Assembly: GCA_030390025.1 (NCBI GenBank)
Contig: JASTWF010000367.1
Location: 186,001 to 250,000, forward strand
Direction: 5' to 3'
DNA: 64,000 nucleotides
DNA from: Squalus acanthias
Taxonomy: Eukaryota
Positions 22,380 to 33,222 of the stretch are shown one piece after another (the stretch's first letter is position 1; each line of letters opens with the position of its first letter). Position numbers and translations under genes: made by a program. The notes under the pieces are model-generated. The model made no database searches. It saw nothing but the letters and a program-made list of their open reading frames with translations, and had not been told where the DNA came from.

Positions 22380-25300
22380 ATGCACACTCTTTACAATTGT
22401 AGCCTTTAGTTTATATTGCCTCTCCTCATTCTTCCCATAAAAATGTATAACTTTCCACTTTTCTGCGTTAAATTTCATCTGCCATGTGTTCACCTATTCC
22501 ACCAGCATTTCTATGTCCTCTTGAAGTGTATCACTATCCTCCTCACTCTTAACTATACTTCCAAGTTTTGTGCCATCTGCAAATTTTGAAATTGTGCCCT
22601 GTACAGCCATATCCAACTCCAGAATATATATCAAGAAAAGCAGTGATCCTAGTACCGATCCTTGGGGAACGCCACTGCATACCTTCCTCCAGTGCAAAAA
22701 AAAACGTTCATCCCTACTCTCTGTTTCCTGTCACTTTTCCCATTTTTTTAATCCATGCTGCTACTGTCACTTTTATGCCATCTGCTTCAACTTTGCTGGC
22801 AAGCCTGTTATGTGGCACTTTATCAAAGGCTTTTTTGACGTCCAGATTACACCAGATTACCCAAATTGGCTTCATCAACCCTCTCTGTTACCTCATTAAA
22901 AAACTAAATCACTTAAGTTAAGCATGATTTGCCATTGACAAATCCGTGCTGGCCTTCCTTAATGAATCCACACTTGTCCAAGTGAATGTTAATTTTTGTT
23001 CTGGTTTATCATTTTTAAAAGCTTCCCCACTATCGAGGTTAAACTGACTGGCCTATATTTGCTCGATTTATTCTTACACTTTTTTTTGAACAAGGGTGTA
23101 ACATTTACAATTCTCCAGTCCTCTGGTACTACCACCGTTTCTAAGGAGGATTGGAAGATTATGGCCAGTACCTCCGTGATTTCTTCCTTCACTTCCCTCA
23201 GCATCAAAGGATGCATCCCATCCAGTCCTGGTGACTTATCTACTTTAAGTACAGTCAGCCTTTCTAGTACCTCGACTTTATCAATTCTTATCCCATCCAG
23301 TATCTCTGCTTCCTCCTCCTTTACTATGTCTATGGCAGCATCTTCTTCCTTGGTAAAAATAGATGCAAAGTACTCATTTAGTACCTCAGCCATGCCCTCA
23401 GCCTCCACGCTTAGGCCTCATTTTTGTCCCTAATTGGCACACACCCCCCCCCCCTTTTACTACCCGTTTACTATTTACATGCCCATAGAAGACTTTTGGA
23501 TTACCTTGTATGTTAGCTGCCATTCTATTCTCATACCCTCTCTTTGCCCTTCTTATTCTCCTTTTCACTTCTCCTCTGTACTTTCTATGTTTAGCCTGAT
23601 TCCCAGATGTATTCTCGACCTGACATCTGTCATACGGGCTGTTATTCTGTTTCAGCTTACTCTCTATCTCTTTTGTCATCCAGGGAGCTCTGACTTTGGC
23701 TGCCCTACCATTCCCCCTAGTGGGAATGTACTTCGATGTACCCGAACTATTTCCTCATTAAATGCAGCCCATTGTTCCATTACAGTTTTGCCTGCCAATC
23801 TTTGATTCCAGTTTACCCGGGCCAGATCCGTTCCCATCCCACTGAAATTGGCCTTCCTCCAATTAATTAATTGTACTCTAGATTGCTCCCTGTCCTTTTC
23901 CATAGCTAATCTAAACCTTATGATACCATGATCACTGTTCCCTAAATATTCATCTACTGACACTTGCTCCACTTGAAAGACTTAATTCCGCAGAACCAGA
24001 TCCAGCAATGCCTCCTCCCTCGTTGGGCCACAAACATACTGATCAAGAAAGTTCTCCTGAACACACTTCAGAAATTCTTCCCCGTCTCTGCCCTTTACAC
24101 TATTATTATCCCAGTCTATATTAGGATAATTGAAGTCACCCATTATCTCTGCAGTCCTCACACCTCTCTGTAATTTCTCTGCAAATTTGCTCCTCCATAT
24201 TTTTCCACTAGGTGGTGGCCTATAGAATACACCTAGTAGTGTAATGGCACCTCTATTGTTTCTTAACTCTTGCCATGTAGATTATGTCCTTGATCCCTCC
24301 AGGACATCCTCTCCCTGCAGCACTTTAACATTCTCCTTAACCAATACTGGCACACCATCTCCTATCTTTCCTTCCCTATCTTTCCTGAACACCTTATATC
24401 CAGGAACATTTAATAACCAATCCTGCCCAGTTTTTGAGCCAGGTCTCCGTTATTGCCACAACATCATATTTCCCATGTGGCTATTTGTGCCTGCAGCTCA
24501 CCAACCTGGTTTACAATGCTTTGTGCGTTCACATACATGCACTGTAAACCTATCTTAGACCATCCTGTGTTCTCATTTAGTCTGACCCAACCTAATACCT
24601 TAGTATTTCTTACTTTAGTGCTATTCGTCTCTCCCAATCCTTTGTGCACTTTGTTTCTACTTTGTAATGCTACATACTGATGCCCATCCCCCTGCAAGCT
24701 TAGCTTAAACCCTCCCCAACAGCATTAGGAAACATCCCAGTGAGGATATTGGAACCGGCTCTGTTGAGGTGCAATCCGTCCGGACTGTACAGGTCCCACC
24801 TCCCCCAGAACTGGCCCCAATGCCCCAGGAATCTGAAGCCCTCCCTGCTGCACCATTTCTCCAGCCACGCATTCTTCTGCTCTATCCTCCTATTTCTATA
24901 CTCAGTCACGTGTGTCACTGGGATTAATCCAGAGATTACTACCTTGGAGGTTCTGCTTTTTAATCGCTTTCCTAGCTCCCTGAAATATGCCTGCAGAACC
25001 TCATCCCTCTTTCTACCTATCTCGTTGGTACCGATATGGACCACAACTTCTGGCTGTTCACCCTCCCACCTCAGAATGTTCCGCAGTCGCTCAGTGACAT
25101 CCTTAACCCTGGCACCAGGGAGGCGACATACCAAACTGGTGTCACGTCTGTGGCCGCAGAAACGCCTGTCTGCCCCCTAACTATCGAATCCCTTACAACC
25201 ATTGCTTTCCCTATCTTCCTCCCCCGCCCTGTACAGCTGAGACCCCATGGCGCCGTGGACCTGGCTCTGGCTGTACTCCCCAGAGGAACCATGTCTCTCA

Positions 25301-25700
25301 CCAGTACTCAGAATAAAATACTGGTAGCAGAGCGAGATGCACTCAGGGGACACCTGCACAATCTGCCTGGTTCTCCTTTTCAGTCTGGCGGTCACCCATT
25401 CCCTCTCTGCCTGCAGTCTCCTTAGCTGCGGGGTGACCACCTCCTGAAACGTGCTATCCACGTAGCTCTCAGCCTCGCAGATGCACCGCAATGACGCCAG
25501 CTGCTGCTCAAGCTCCGAAACCTGGGGCTCGACCTCCTCCAGCTGACATCACCTCCTGCACGCATGGTTTTGCAGGACACGGAGAGCTTTGTGGATTTCC
25601 CACCTGGCACAGAAGGTGCATTCTGCTGGACCGAGCTGCCCTGCCATGACTTTATTTATTCGACTATTAACTAACTTTAGAGAAACGTAAGACTCAGATT
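22380..25700 (-). mobile_element. CR1 LINE, degenerate, with ORF1 (Cys motif, coiled coil, esterase) and ORF2; 3' end missing
   Basis: ORF1 from ATG ~25647 (MAGQLGPAEC..C), esterase VHIGTNEI..DGLHL ending ~24703. ORF2 CMYVNAQSI, SDHG, KSPGLD, GVPQGSVLG, FADGT. Confidence 0.92.
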
Positions 25701-26366
25701 TATCTAATTCATGTTATTAATATAATATAGTATTAAAAGTTACTTATTGAATTTAGTATTAACAGTTACTAATTGAATTTAGTATTGACAGTTACTAATC
25801 ATGGAAGAATGCCATTCCGCGTGGAGCCCGTGCCGACTCTCAGCTAGTTCCACTCACCCGCCCTTCCCCCGTAGCCCTGCAATTTGTTTTTACTTCAGAT
25901 ACTTCCTTTTGACAGATAAGATTGAATCTGCCTCCACCATCCTTTCAGCCAGCACATTCCAGATCTTAACGACTCGTTACATAAAATCTTTTTTTCTTAC
26001 GTCGCCTTTGGTTCTTTTGTCAAAATCTGTGCCCTCTGGTTCTCGACCCTTCTGTCAATGGGAACAATGTATCTCTATCTGCTCTGTCCAGAACCCTCAT
26101 GATTTTGAACACCTCTATCAAATCTCCTCTCAATCTTCTCTTCTCCAAGGAAAACACCCCAGCTTCTCCAGTCTATCAACATAACTGAAGTCCTGCATTC
26201 CTAGAATCATTCTCGTAAATCCTATCTGTACCTTCTCTAAGGCCTTCTCATCCTTCCTAAAGTGTGGTGCCCTGAATTAGACACAGTGCTCCAGTTGCGG
26301 CCAAACCAGTATTTTATGCAGGTTCATCATAATTTCCACACTTTGGTACTCTATGCCTCTATTTAT

Positions 26367-26591
26367 TAATGTGAGAAGTCGCACAACACCATGTTATAGT
26401 CCAACAGTTTTATTTGAAATCACAAGCTTTCGGAGCGCTGCTCCTTCATCAGGTGAAGTGACTTCACCTGAAAAAGGGGCAGCAGCTTCGAAAGCTTGTG
26501 ATTTCAAATAAAACTGTTGGACTATAACCTGGTGTTGTGCGACTTCTCACATTTGTCCACCCCAGTCTAACACCGGTATCTCCACATCATG
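26367..26591. mobile_element. Penelope-like palindromic retro-insertion with 9-bp TSD
   Basis: AATGTGAGAAGTCGCACAACACC...GGTGTTGTGCGACTTCTCACATT inverted repeat plus tail. TSD TCTATTTAT at 26358-26366 and 26592-26600. Confidence 0.85.
26420..26456 (-). ncRNA. Minimal type I hammerhead ribozyme motif
   Basis: Minus strand TCAC-CTGATGA-A-GGAGC(AGC)GCTCC-GAAA-GC-T-T-GTGA. The mirror copy on + (26464-26501) has a mutated core, CTGAAAA. Confidence 0.75.
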
Positions 26592-27515
26592 TCTATTTAT
26601 GAAGGCCAGGATCCCGTAAGCCTTTTAAACTGCTTTCTAAACCTGCCCTGCCACCTTCAACGATTTGTGCACATATAGCACCAGTTTCATGCAGGACCTT
26701 TAGAATTGTACCGTTTAGTTTATATTGCCTCTCCTTGTTCTTCCTACCAAATTGTATCACTTTGCACTTTTCAGCATTGAATTTCATCTGCCACGTGTCC
26801 GCCCATTTCACCAGCCTGACTATGTCTTCCTGAAGACTTTCACTCTCCTCCTTAATTTTCACTATACTTCCAAGTTTTGTGTCATCTTCAAATTTTGAAA
26901 TTGTGCCCTGTACACCCACGTCCAAGTAATTAATATATATCAAGAAAAGCAGTGGAGTTAGTACCGACCCCTGGAGAACACCTTCCGCCAGTCCAAAAAA
27001 CATCCCTTCACCACTGTTTCCTGTCAATTAGTTAATTTCGTATCCATGCTGCCACTGCTGCTTTTATTCCATGGGCTTCAACTTTGATGGGAAGCCTATT
27101 ATGTGGCACTTTGTCCAACGCCTTTTGGAAATCCATGTACACCATATGCACTGCATTGCCCTCATCAACCCTTTCTGTTACCTCATCAAAAATCTCGATC
27201 AAATTGCTTAATCACGATTTGCCTTTAACAATCTCCAAGTTGTTGCTTTATCCCTAACCAGCTATTTAACCTCGGCCCCTAACTTGAAGAAAAAAAAACG
27301 GTGTGACCTTTACCAGCCAATCAGTTACCAGCTATCCTATAACGTCACTCCTTGTGTGTTCTTTGATTCGCCGCTCAGCTCCCTTTCTGCCGCTGCCGCT
27401 GCCTCCGCTCCCGCTCAGGTCCGCGCTCTCAATGTGTCCGTGGAAAGCACGGGGAGGTTCGATCAGGAGAGTTTTGGACTGTGAATCGGCGTTCAATTTA
27501 AATTCAGTAAGAAAT

Positions 27516-27631
27516 AAAATGAGTCAACCGGCTCATGAGGGTCTCACTCCCCTTTGAATCTGTGTTAAATTCAGTCCTGACACCGGATTGAGACCACAAT
27601 TAACTGTTAACTATAAGGTCCGGACCAAGCC
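27516..27631 (-). ncRNA. Candidate structured Pol III RNA, Y-RNA-like ends
   Basis: 5' GGCTTGGTCCGG and 3' CCGGTTGACTCA-TTTT. Nested stems CTTAT/ATGAG, GGTCTCA/TGAGACC and TGAATTT/AGATTCA. TATAA about 26-31 nt upstream. Confidence 0.4.
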
Positions 27632-28251
27632 AGAGTACATCGCATGAACAGTGCAGTTATAGCTCAATAAACACACAAAGGGGCTCCTTAGATGTTTTTA
27701 TTATCTGTTAATTCCTGTAACTCAAAAAACAAAGGGTTTTCTATCTTTTATCCGTAATATATTTTGCGGTGGGTCGCTGAACATTGAAACCAGAAAGTTG
27801 CTCCCAACTATTCCACCTGCCCAAGTTTGTAAGTTTTGCCCTGAACAGTTCAAACTGTGGCCCAGTGGAGAAACGAATCATAATTTTACACATCTCCCAC
27901 AAAATGTGCTTCATTTATCTGTGCAATTAACTGTTCTGAGCCATTTAATGGATTTTCATTACTGCAGATCAGAAATTAAAATCGGGACAATCAGAATTAT
28001 TCGTAAACCACAAGGAACCGAAAGGCTGGAAGGGAGACGGCACCGGTTGCAGGAGAGCTGGTTCGCGGTGACATGGATGTGTCTGCAGTGTGCGGGAACA
28101 GACAGTCTCTGTGTGTTCACAATGAATGTCCCATTCTTTAATTTGGAAATGTAAAACTGATAGTGAGCAATTGCTATTCCGGTCGCAGCAATCTGTAACT
28201 TTAACACACTGACAGCCTGGTTTAGGAGATCTTGCGATAGCGTGTTCGGCA

Positions 28252-28325
28252 GCCTCTGTGGTGTAATCGGATAACGCGTTTGGCTGTTAATTGAAAGGTG
28301 GGTGGTTCGGGTCCACCCAGAGACG
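28252..28325 (+). tRNA. tRNA-Asn(GTT), probably pseudogene
   Basis: GCCTCTGTGGTGTAATCGGATAACGCGTTTGGCTGTTAATTGAAAGGTGGGTGGTTCGGGTCCACCCAGAGACG follows vertebrate tRNA-Asn. Acceptor mismatch, G-U-rich anticodon stem, T-loop A58 changed to G. Confidence 0.85.
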
Positions 28326-29309
28326 AAGATTTTAACTGCTTTTCCCCCTTTATGATTCATTGCCGCACAGTTCCATGTTGTCAATGTGAGCTTTGGCTGC
28401 AGGAAAATATTCCACACACATTGCCAGCTGTGCTGTTATCCAGTAAATTCCCACCAAAATACTTTTATGAGTATTCATTTCAAATAAAATGATGAAAATG
28501 TCGATGGATCATGTTCCTCCATCCAACCCGTTAGAAATATATTAAGTCATTGGGATCAAACAAACTGATAGAAATTGGTTCTGTATCTCCATATATAGAA
28601 CTGGGACAGGCATCGCACCGTGTGAGGCTACATTGAATGTGTGACTATTATACAGCTGGTATTAGGGAAAAGCAATCCAGGACACGCTGGGCCATTTTAA
28701 TGATCATTTTCCCACCTCAATAACTGTATTTTTTCAATGTAAGTCGTTGTAAAACACTGCGGTCTGACAGCAGGCACATGCGAACATGATGCAATATTTG
28801 TGTAGGCGTCATGCTCTGGAACTCCCCGCCTAAACCCCTCCACGTTTACCCCTCCCTCACCTCCTTTCAGACCCTCCTTAAAACCGAAAGCTTTGAGCAG
28901 TTTTGATCACTCCTCTTACTCGCTCCATTTTTGGGATTGGCATCCATGTTTTTGATTACAGCTCTATGAAAAGCTTTGGGACATCACATAGAAGAGTGTG
29001 TTTCTGGGTGTGTGGGTGGGGGGATTTCTTCATGCAGTCTGGCATTTGTAACCCGTCAGTTTAATGACTTAAGAAGTATCAGCGGATTTAAACACCCGAG
29101 AGGAACAGCTAGTGCCAACCAGCTGACGCTGAAAGCGGAGATATGCCAATCTCATAACCCTTTACTGAAACACATGCGCTTTAAAAAATCAAAACAATCC
29201 CCGGGAGAGGACAGGACTACCATTGGAGCTCAGTGACACAAAAGGGAAACAACCTATAAACATGCGTAAATGTGCAGTGGTTGTTCTTGGGTATCCGTTT
29301 CCGCCTCTG

Positions 29310-30002
29310 CTAGTCCCTGATTATCCCTACCCATCTGTACTAGTCCCTAGGTATCGCTGTCCAGCTGTGCTAGTCCCTGAGTCTCTCTGTCCAGCTGTAC
29401 TAGTCCCTGGGTATCCCGGTCCAGCTGTCCTAGTCCCTGAGTCTCTCTGTCAAGCTGCTAGTCCCTGGGTATCCCGGTCCAGCTGTGCTACTCCCTGGGT
29501 CTCCCTGTCCAGCTGTACTAGTCCCTGGGTATCTCTGTCCAGCTGTACTAGTCCCTGGGTCTCTCTGTCCAGCTGTGTTAGCCCCTGGGTACCGCTGTCC
29601 AGCTGTGCTACTCCCTGGGCCTCACTGTCCAGCTGTGCCTATCCCTGGGTATCCCTGTCCAGTTGTCCTAGTCCCTGGGTCTCTCTGTCCAGCTGTGCTA
29701 GTCCCTGGGTCTCTCTGTCCAGTTGTCCTTGGACCGGGTGATTCCTGTCCAGCTGTGCTGGCCCCTGGGTACCTCTGTCCAGCTGTGCTAGTCCCTGGGT
29801 ATATCTGTCCAGCTGTGCCAGTCCCTGTGTATCCTGGACCAGCTGTCCTAGTCCCTGAGTCTCTCTGTCCAGCTGTGCTAGTCCCTGGGTATCCCGGTCC
29901 AGCTGTCCTAGTCCCTGGGTGTCTCTGTCCAGCTGTGTTAGCCCCTGGGCCTCACTGTCCAGCTGTGCTTGGCCCGGGTGATCCCTGTCCAGCTGTGCTA
30001 GT
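29310..30002. repeat. 30-bp minisatellite, ~23 copies
   Basis: Unit CTAGTCCCTGGGTATCTCTGTCCAGCTGTG. Confidence 0.95.
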
Positions 30003-30359
30003 AAGAACTGAAACATGTTGAATTAGTCCCTCAAAGTCCCATCGTGGAAACGTGATGTTAGAATAATCGGTTGTGACCGCGTCCAAACAGCACTCGCCGC
30101 AGTCACAGAATTAGAATGGCCATTTCCTGGAGGCGGAGGGCAGCCGGTTTCCGTCCAAATGGATCCTAACGGGAGTGATCCGATTCAGAAGATTCAGGGA
30201 AGGGTATTTGGGAGCTCCTTCGGGAGTTTAATGACCTTTTAATGGATATTTTTCCCGTGTGAATTGTTTCGTTTCGAACGGTGAAATGTGTGTTAAAGAG
30301 AATCAGCATTTCACCTTCTTCCTCAACACTGTCTCTGACCTGAGGTCAAAAAGTTAGAT

Positions 30360-30426
30360 GTTTACAGAATGCAGCGGTTATCACCTTCGCCTCACATGGG
30401 AAAGGTCCCTGGTCACTCGGCGAACA
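30360..30426 (+). pseudogene. tRNA-Val(CAC) pseudogene
   Basis: GCGGTTATCACCTTCGCCTCACATGGGAAAGGTCCCTGGT matches the tRNA-Val D, anticodon and variable region; T-arm partly deleted. Confidence 0.8.
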
Positions 30427-30497
30427 TTTCCTTCAGTGTCCAACAGAAAGCTGTGGGTTTTCCTTCGTCTCACGGATTAACAGTTTTGTTGAAACTA

Positions 30498-30568
30498 TTT
30501 CGATGAAGGGAAATCGAACCCGGTTCCCCGCGATGAGTGCGCCGAATCCTAAACACGACCACCAGGGA
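30498..30568 (-). pseudogene. tRNA-Glu(CTC) pseudogene
   Basis: Reverse complement TCCCTGGTGGTCGTGTTTAGGATTCGGCGCACTCATCGCGGGGAACCGGGTTCGATTTCCC; 3' acceptor strand degenerate. Confidence 0.85.
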
Positions 30569-31364
30569 ACGCTGCATGCAAATGTTGTGACAGCTGTAAA
30601 TGTAATTCGGCTTATCCTTGTTAAGTATAGATATGTTTCTGATTTCTTGTGTTGAATGTCTGTAAATGGATTCCCGGCTCTGCTGCTGAGAAATCTGTTT
30701 CCATGGATCTGTCATATTGATTCATTTATTCGGGTGAATCTGTCTTCAGTCGAACAGTATTTTCTGGATATTTATTTCTATCTTACATTTCAATTACACT
30801 TAAACACATTTATACAGAACACAGATACACACAATTACATTGATAAAGAACACACAGATACACAGACATTTAATCATGACTAGCTCACTGATTATCCCAA
30901 AATCCATTTAGAAGTATCACAGTTTCAAACATCGATCTTTATAGATTTATATCCTGATGTATATTTTACAAAAGAAACTGACACACATACAAATCATCGC
31001 ACTCATCACATAAGCACACATTTTATATATAAACATGACATCCATATACACACACTCACAGTTTATACTGTCACAACGCCCTGTTTGTAGTTTCGGAAAA
31101 TTCTACACACCTAAACTGTCCTGGTGTTTCACAAGCTGCCCGTCCTGTTGTGTATTTTGGTGCAGTTTCCTGCTTCCATAGTGGGGATTCTGAGTGATGA
31201 TTCTGGGGCTCGGTGAGTGTAATTGGATTTGTTGCAGTCCGCTGGCAACATGTGATGAAAGCGGGTGTGAAATTGTCGCTTGCAGCTGAACGCTGGACGG
31301 TGAATGTGCTTTAGCTTTCTCCAATATGTTTGTCCGATGTTCACAGGTCACTGGAAATTCCTAG

Positions 31365-31820
31365 AGTCATAGAATAGTACAGCACAGAAGGAGGCCATTC
31401 GGCCCATCGAGTCTGTGCCCGCTCTTTCGAAGAGCCATCCAGTTAGTCCCGCTCCCCACTCTTTACCCATATCCCTGCCATTTTTATCCTGCGAGTCTTA
31501 TCCACTTCCCTTTTGAGGGCTGCTATTGAATCTGTTTCCACCACCCTATCAGGCAGTGCATTCCAAATCCTCACCATTCGTTGAGTAAAAAGTTTCCTCA
31601 TGTCGCCTCTGGTTCTTTTGCCAATCACCTTAAAGCTGTGCCTTCTGCTAATCGATCCTTCAAACATTGGAAGCAGTTCCTCTTTATTGACTCTATCTAA
31701 ACACATGATTTTACACCACTTTATCAAATCTCCTCTTACCCTCCTCTGCTCTATAGAGAACGTCTCCAGCTTCTCCAGTCTATCCACGTCACTGTAATCC
31801 CTCATCCATGAAATCATTTT
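31365..31820 (-). mobile_element. CR1 3' fragment
   Basis: RLEKLETFSIEQRRVRGDLI..RIWNALP plus 3' UTR hairpin (GGCCGAATGGCC-like). Similar fragments at ~33400-33710 (+), 34190-34530 (-), 38015-38260 (-) and 38510-38650 (+). Confidence 0.85.
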
Positions 31821-31969
31821 ATTTCCTTTCGATTAAAGACAAGAAAAGTCAGGACATGCCACAAATCCTTTTTGAATCATTCAAAGATTTCTAAAATCAC
31901 CGAATGCTAATTTAAAACCACAGTTACAATGTGTTTCGTTGTAAAAGGAGTGGATTGAAAATAACAATG

Positions 31970-32055
31970 AAACGCCAGGCAGCGCCCGCGGTGAGACAGA
32001 TTCAAACTCCTGATGAAGTTGGTGCTGTGAAGTAACCGCTGAGCTAAAGCTGACC
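31970..32055 (-). ncRNA. Vault RNA-like gene, copy 1 (B box and terminator degenerate)
   Basis: GGTCAGCTTTAGCTCAGCGGTTACTTC...GGAGTTTGAATCT...CCGCGGGCGCTGCCTGGCG-TTTC. The 5' GCTTTAGCTCAGCGGTTACTTC and 3' CCGCGGGCGCT blocks are the conserved vertebrate vtRNA ends. Confidence 0.82.
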
Positions 32056-32078
32056 CCGATCAAAGGGACAGAAAACAC

Positions 32079-32088
32079 TAAATATAAA
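32079..32088 (-). promoter_or_regulatory. TATA box of vtRNA copy 1
   Basis: TTTATATTTA at -24 to -33; identical in copy 2. Confidence 0.6.
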
Positions 32089-32914
32089 GGATGCGCTCAA
32101 AAATATCAGGCGCTTAAATTACTTCTATAAATTTGAAAATGAGGACCATGTGGGTTGTGTTCACGTGTGACTTAACTTCCCATGTTTGTCCATCAGGTTT
32201 GCAATTCACTTTGTATTGGATTTTGAAGAGAATCTCATTTCAAGATGAGGGCAGAACCTACCACGCTTAAATCAACCGACTTATCTAATGGCAGATAGAG
32301 TTTCTTCCAGCACCTGTACTACCAGAGCCTTTCAATGCTGTTCAACAGGTAGATTGATGATGCTTGTAATTCGCATCCTGTGGAGAATGGGAGAGGAGAA
32401 TGGAACACGGTGCATGAACATCAGAGAATGTGCGGAATGGGAGCAGATAAATACTCCCCCTTCATTGAAAGTTATTGACCGTGAGACTAAGTAAGGCGGG
32501 TGTCCACAATGGACCAGCGAATACATGGATTGTCCAGTTTTAATCTAACTTGCGCTGAGATTCCAACATCCGGGTTCACTGGAAAAGACCTGCTGCAGTT
32601 TTAGGATTGGTGAACTTGTTTCATAACTTTAAAAATAACTGTGGCGATTGTAGAGTTCGACTAGTGGAGATTAGAAATGTTTTATAATTATCATGAGAGG
32701 CGATTGCGGTTCGCTGAATCAGCTTTAACTTTCTGAAATGTATTTTTTCGTTGTTCAAGGTCAGTGCAAATTCTTTGGTACCTTTCGATTGATGACGCGA
32801 AATGCCGAGACATTTGTTGTTTTCAACACGGCTGCTGAAATGGTCGGAATGACACGTGACAGGAGTCGTTTCTGAATCATTTCAATGTAGGTTCTAAAAA
32901 TCAACGAGTGCTAA

Positions 32915-33048
32915 TTTATTTTTTTATACATTCCTGGGATGTGTGCGTCACTGACAAGGTCAGCATTTATTGCCCATCCCTAACTGCCCTTGATGGTGAG
33001 CCGCCTTCTTGAACCGCTGCAGTCCGTGCGGTGAAGGTTCTCCCACAG
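32915..33048 (-). mobile_element. Short RTE-type LINE 3' tail inserted downstream of vtRNA copy 2
   Basis: Same family as 57490-57610 (CAGCATTTATTGCCCAT...CGCTGCAGTCC); absent from the paralogous flank of copy 1. Confidence 0.65.
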
Positions 33049-33102
33049 TAATCACGGTTACAGTTTGTTTCAGTATCCAAGAAGTGGATTGAAAATAACA
33101 AT

Positions 33103-33189
33103 AAAACGCCAGGCAGCGCCCGCGGTGAGACAGATTCGAACTCCTGGTGAAGTTGGTGCTGTGAAGTAACCGCTGAGCTAATGCTGACC
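33103..33189 (-). ncRNA. Vault RNA-like gene, copy 2 (intact A box, B box and T4 terminator)
   Basis: GGTCAGCATTAGCTCAGCGGTTACTTCACAGCACCAACTTCACCAGGAGTTCGAATCTGTCTCACCGCGGGCGCTGCCTGGCGTTTT. Terminal stem GTCAG/CTGGC and AGCGGT/ACCGC. Confidence 0.87.
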
Positions 33190-33212
33190 CCGAGCAAAGG
33201 GGCAGAAAACAC

Positions 33213-33222
33213 TAAATATAAA
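33213..33222 (-). promoter_or_regulatory. TATA box of vtRNA copy 2
   Basis: TTTATATTTA at -24 to -33. CRE-like TGAGCTCA immediately upstream (33226-33233). Confidence 0.6.

Larger units (their letters stand above)
18984..22380. repeat. Tandem macro-repeat, ~1833-bp unit, ~1.85 copies
   Basis: Units start GGCTTGTCTGTGTTCAAGTTA at 18984 and 20817. Collinear throughout, with GT/GA microsatellites and a Penelope-type palindrome in each unit. Confidence 0.92.
25800..27240 (-). mobile_element. CR1 LINE RT and 3' end fragment, split by a Penelope-type palindrome
   Basis: GVLQGSVL..FEDDTKL..WQMKFNAEKCKV, with the 3' UTR at ~25800. Confidence 0.85.

Noticed and set aside
30048..30095. Possible tRNA-His remnant (CGTGAT..GTTAG..GTTGTGACCGC)
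   Set aside because: Too short and degenerate to distinguish from chance by eye.
31190..31310. TGATGA...CTGA C/D-box-like motifs
   Set aside because: No terminal stem, host intron or recognisable rRNA antisense element.
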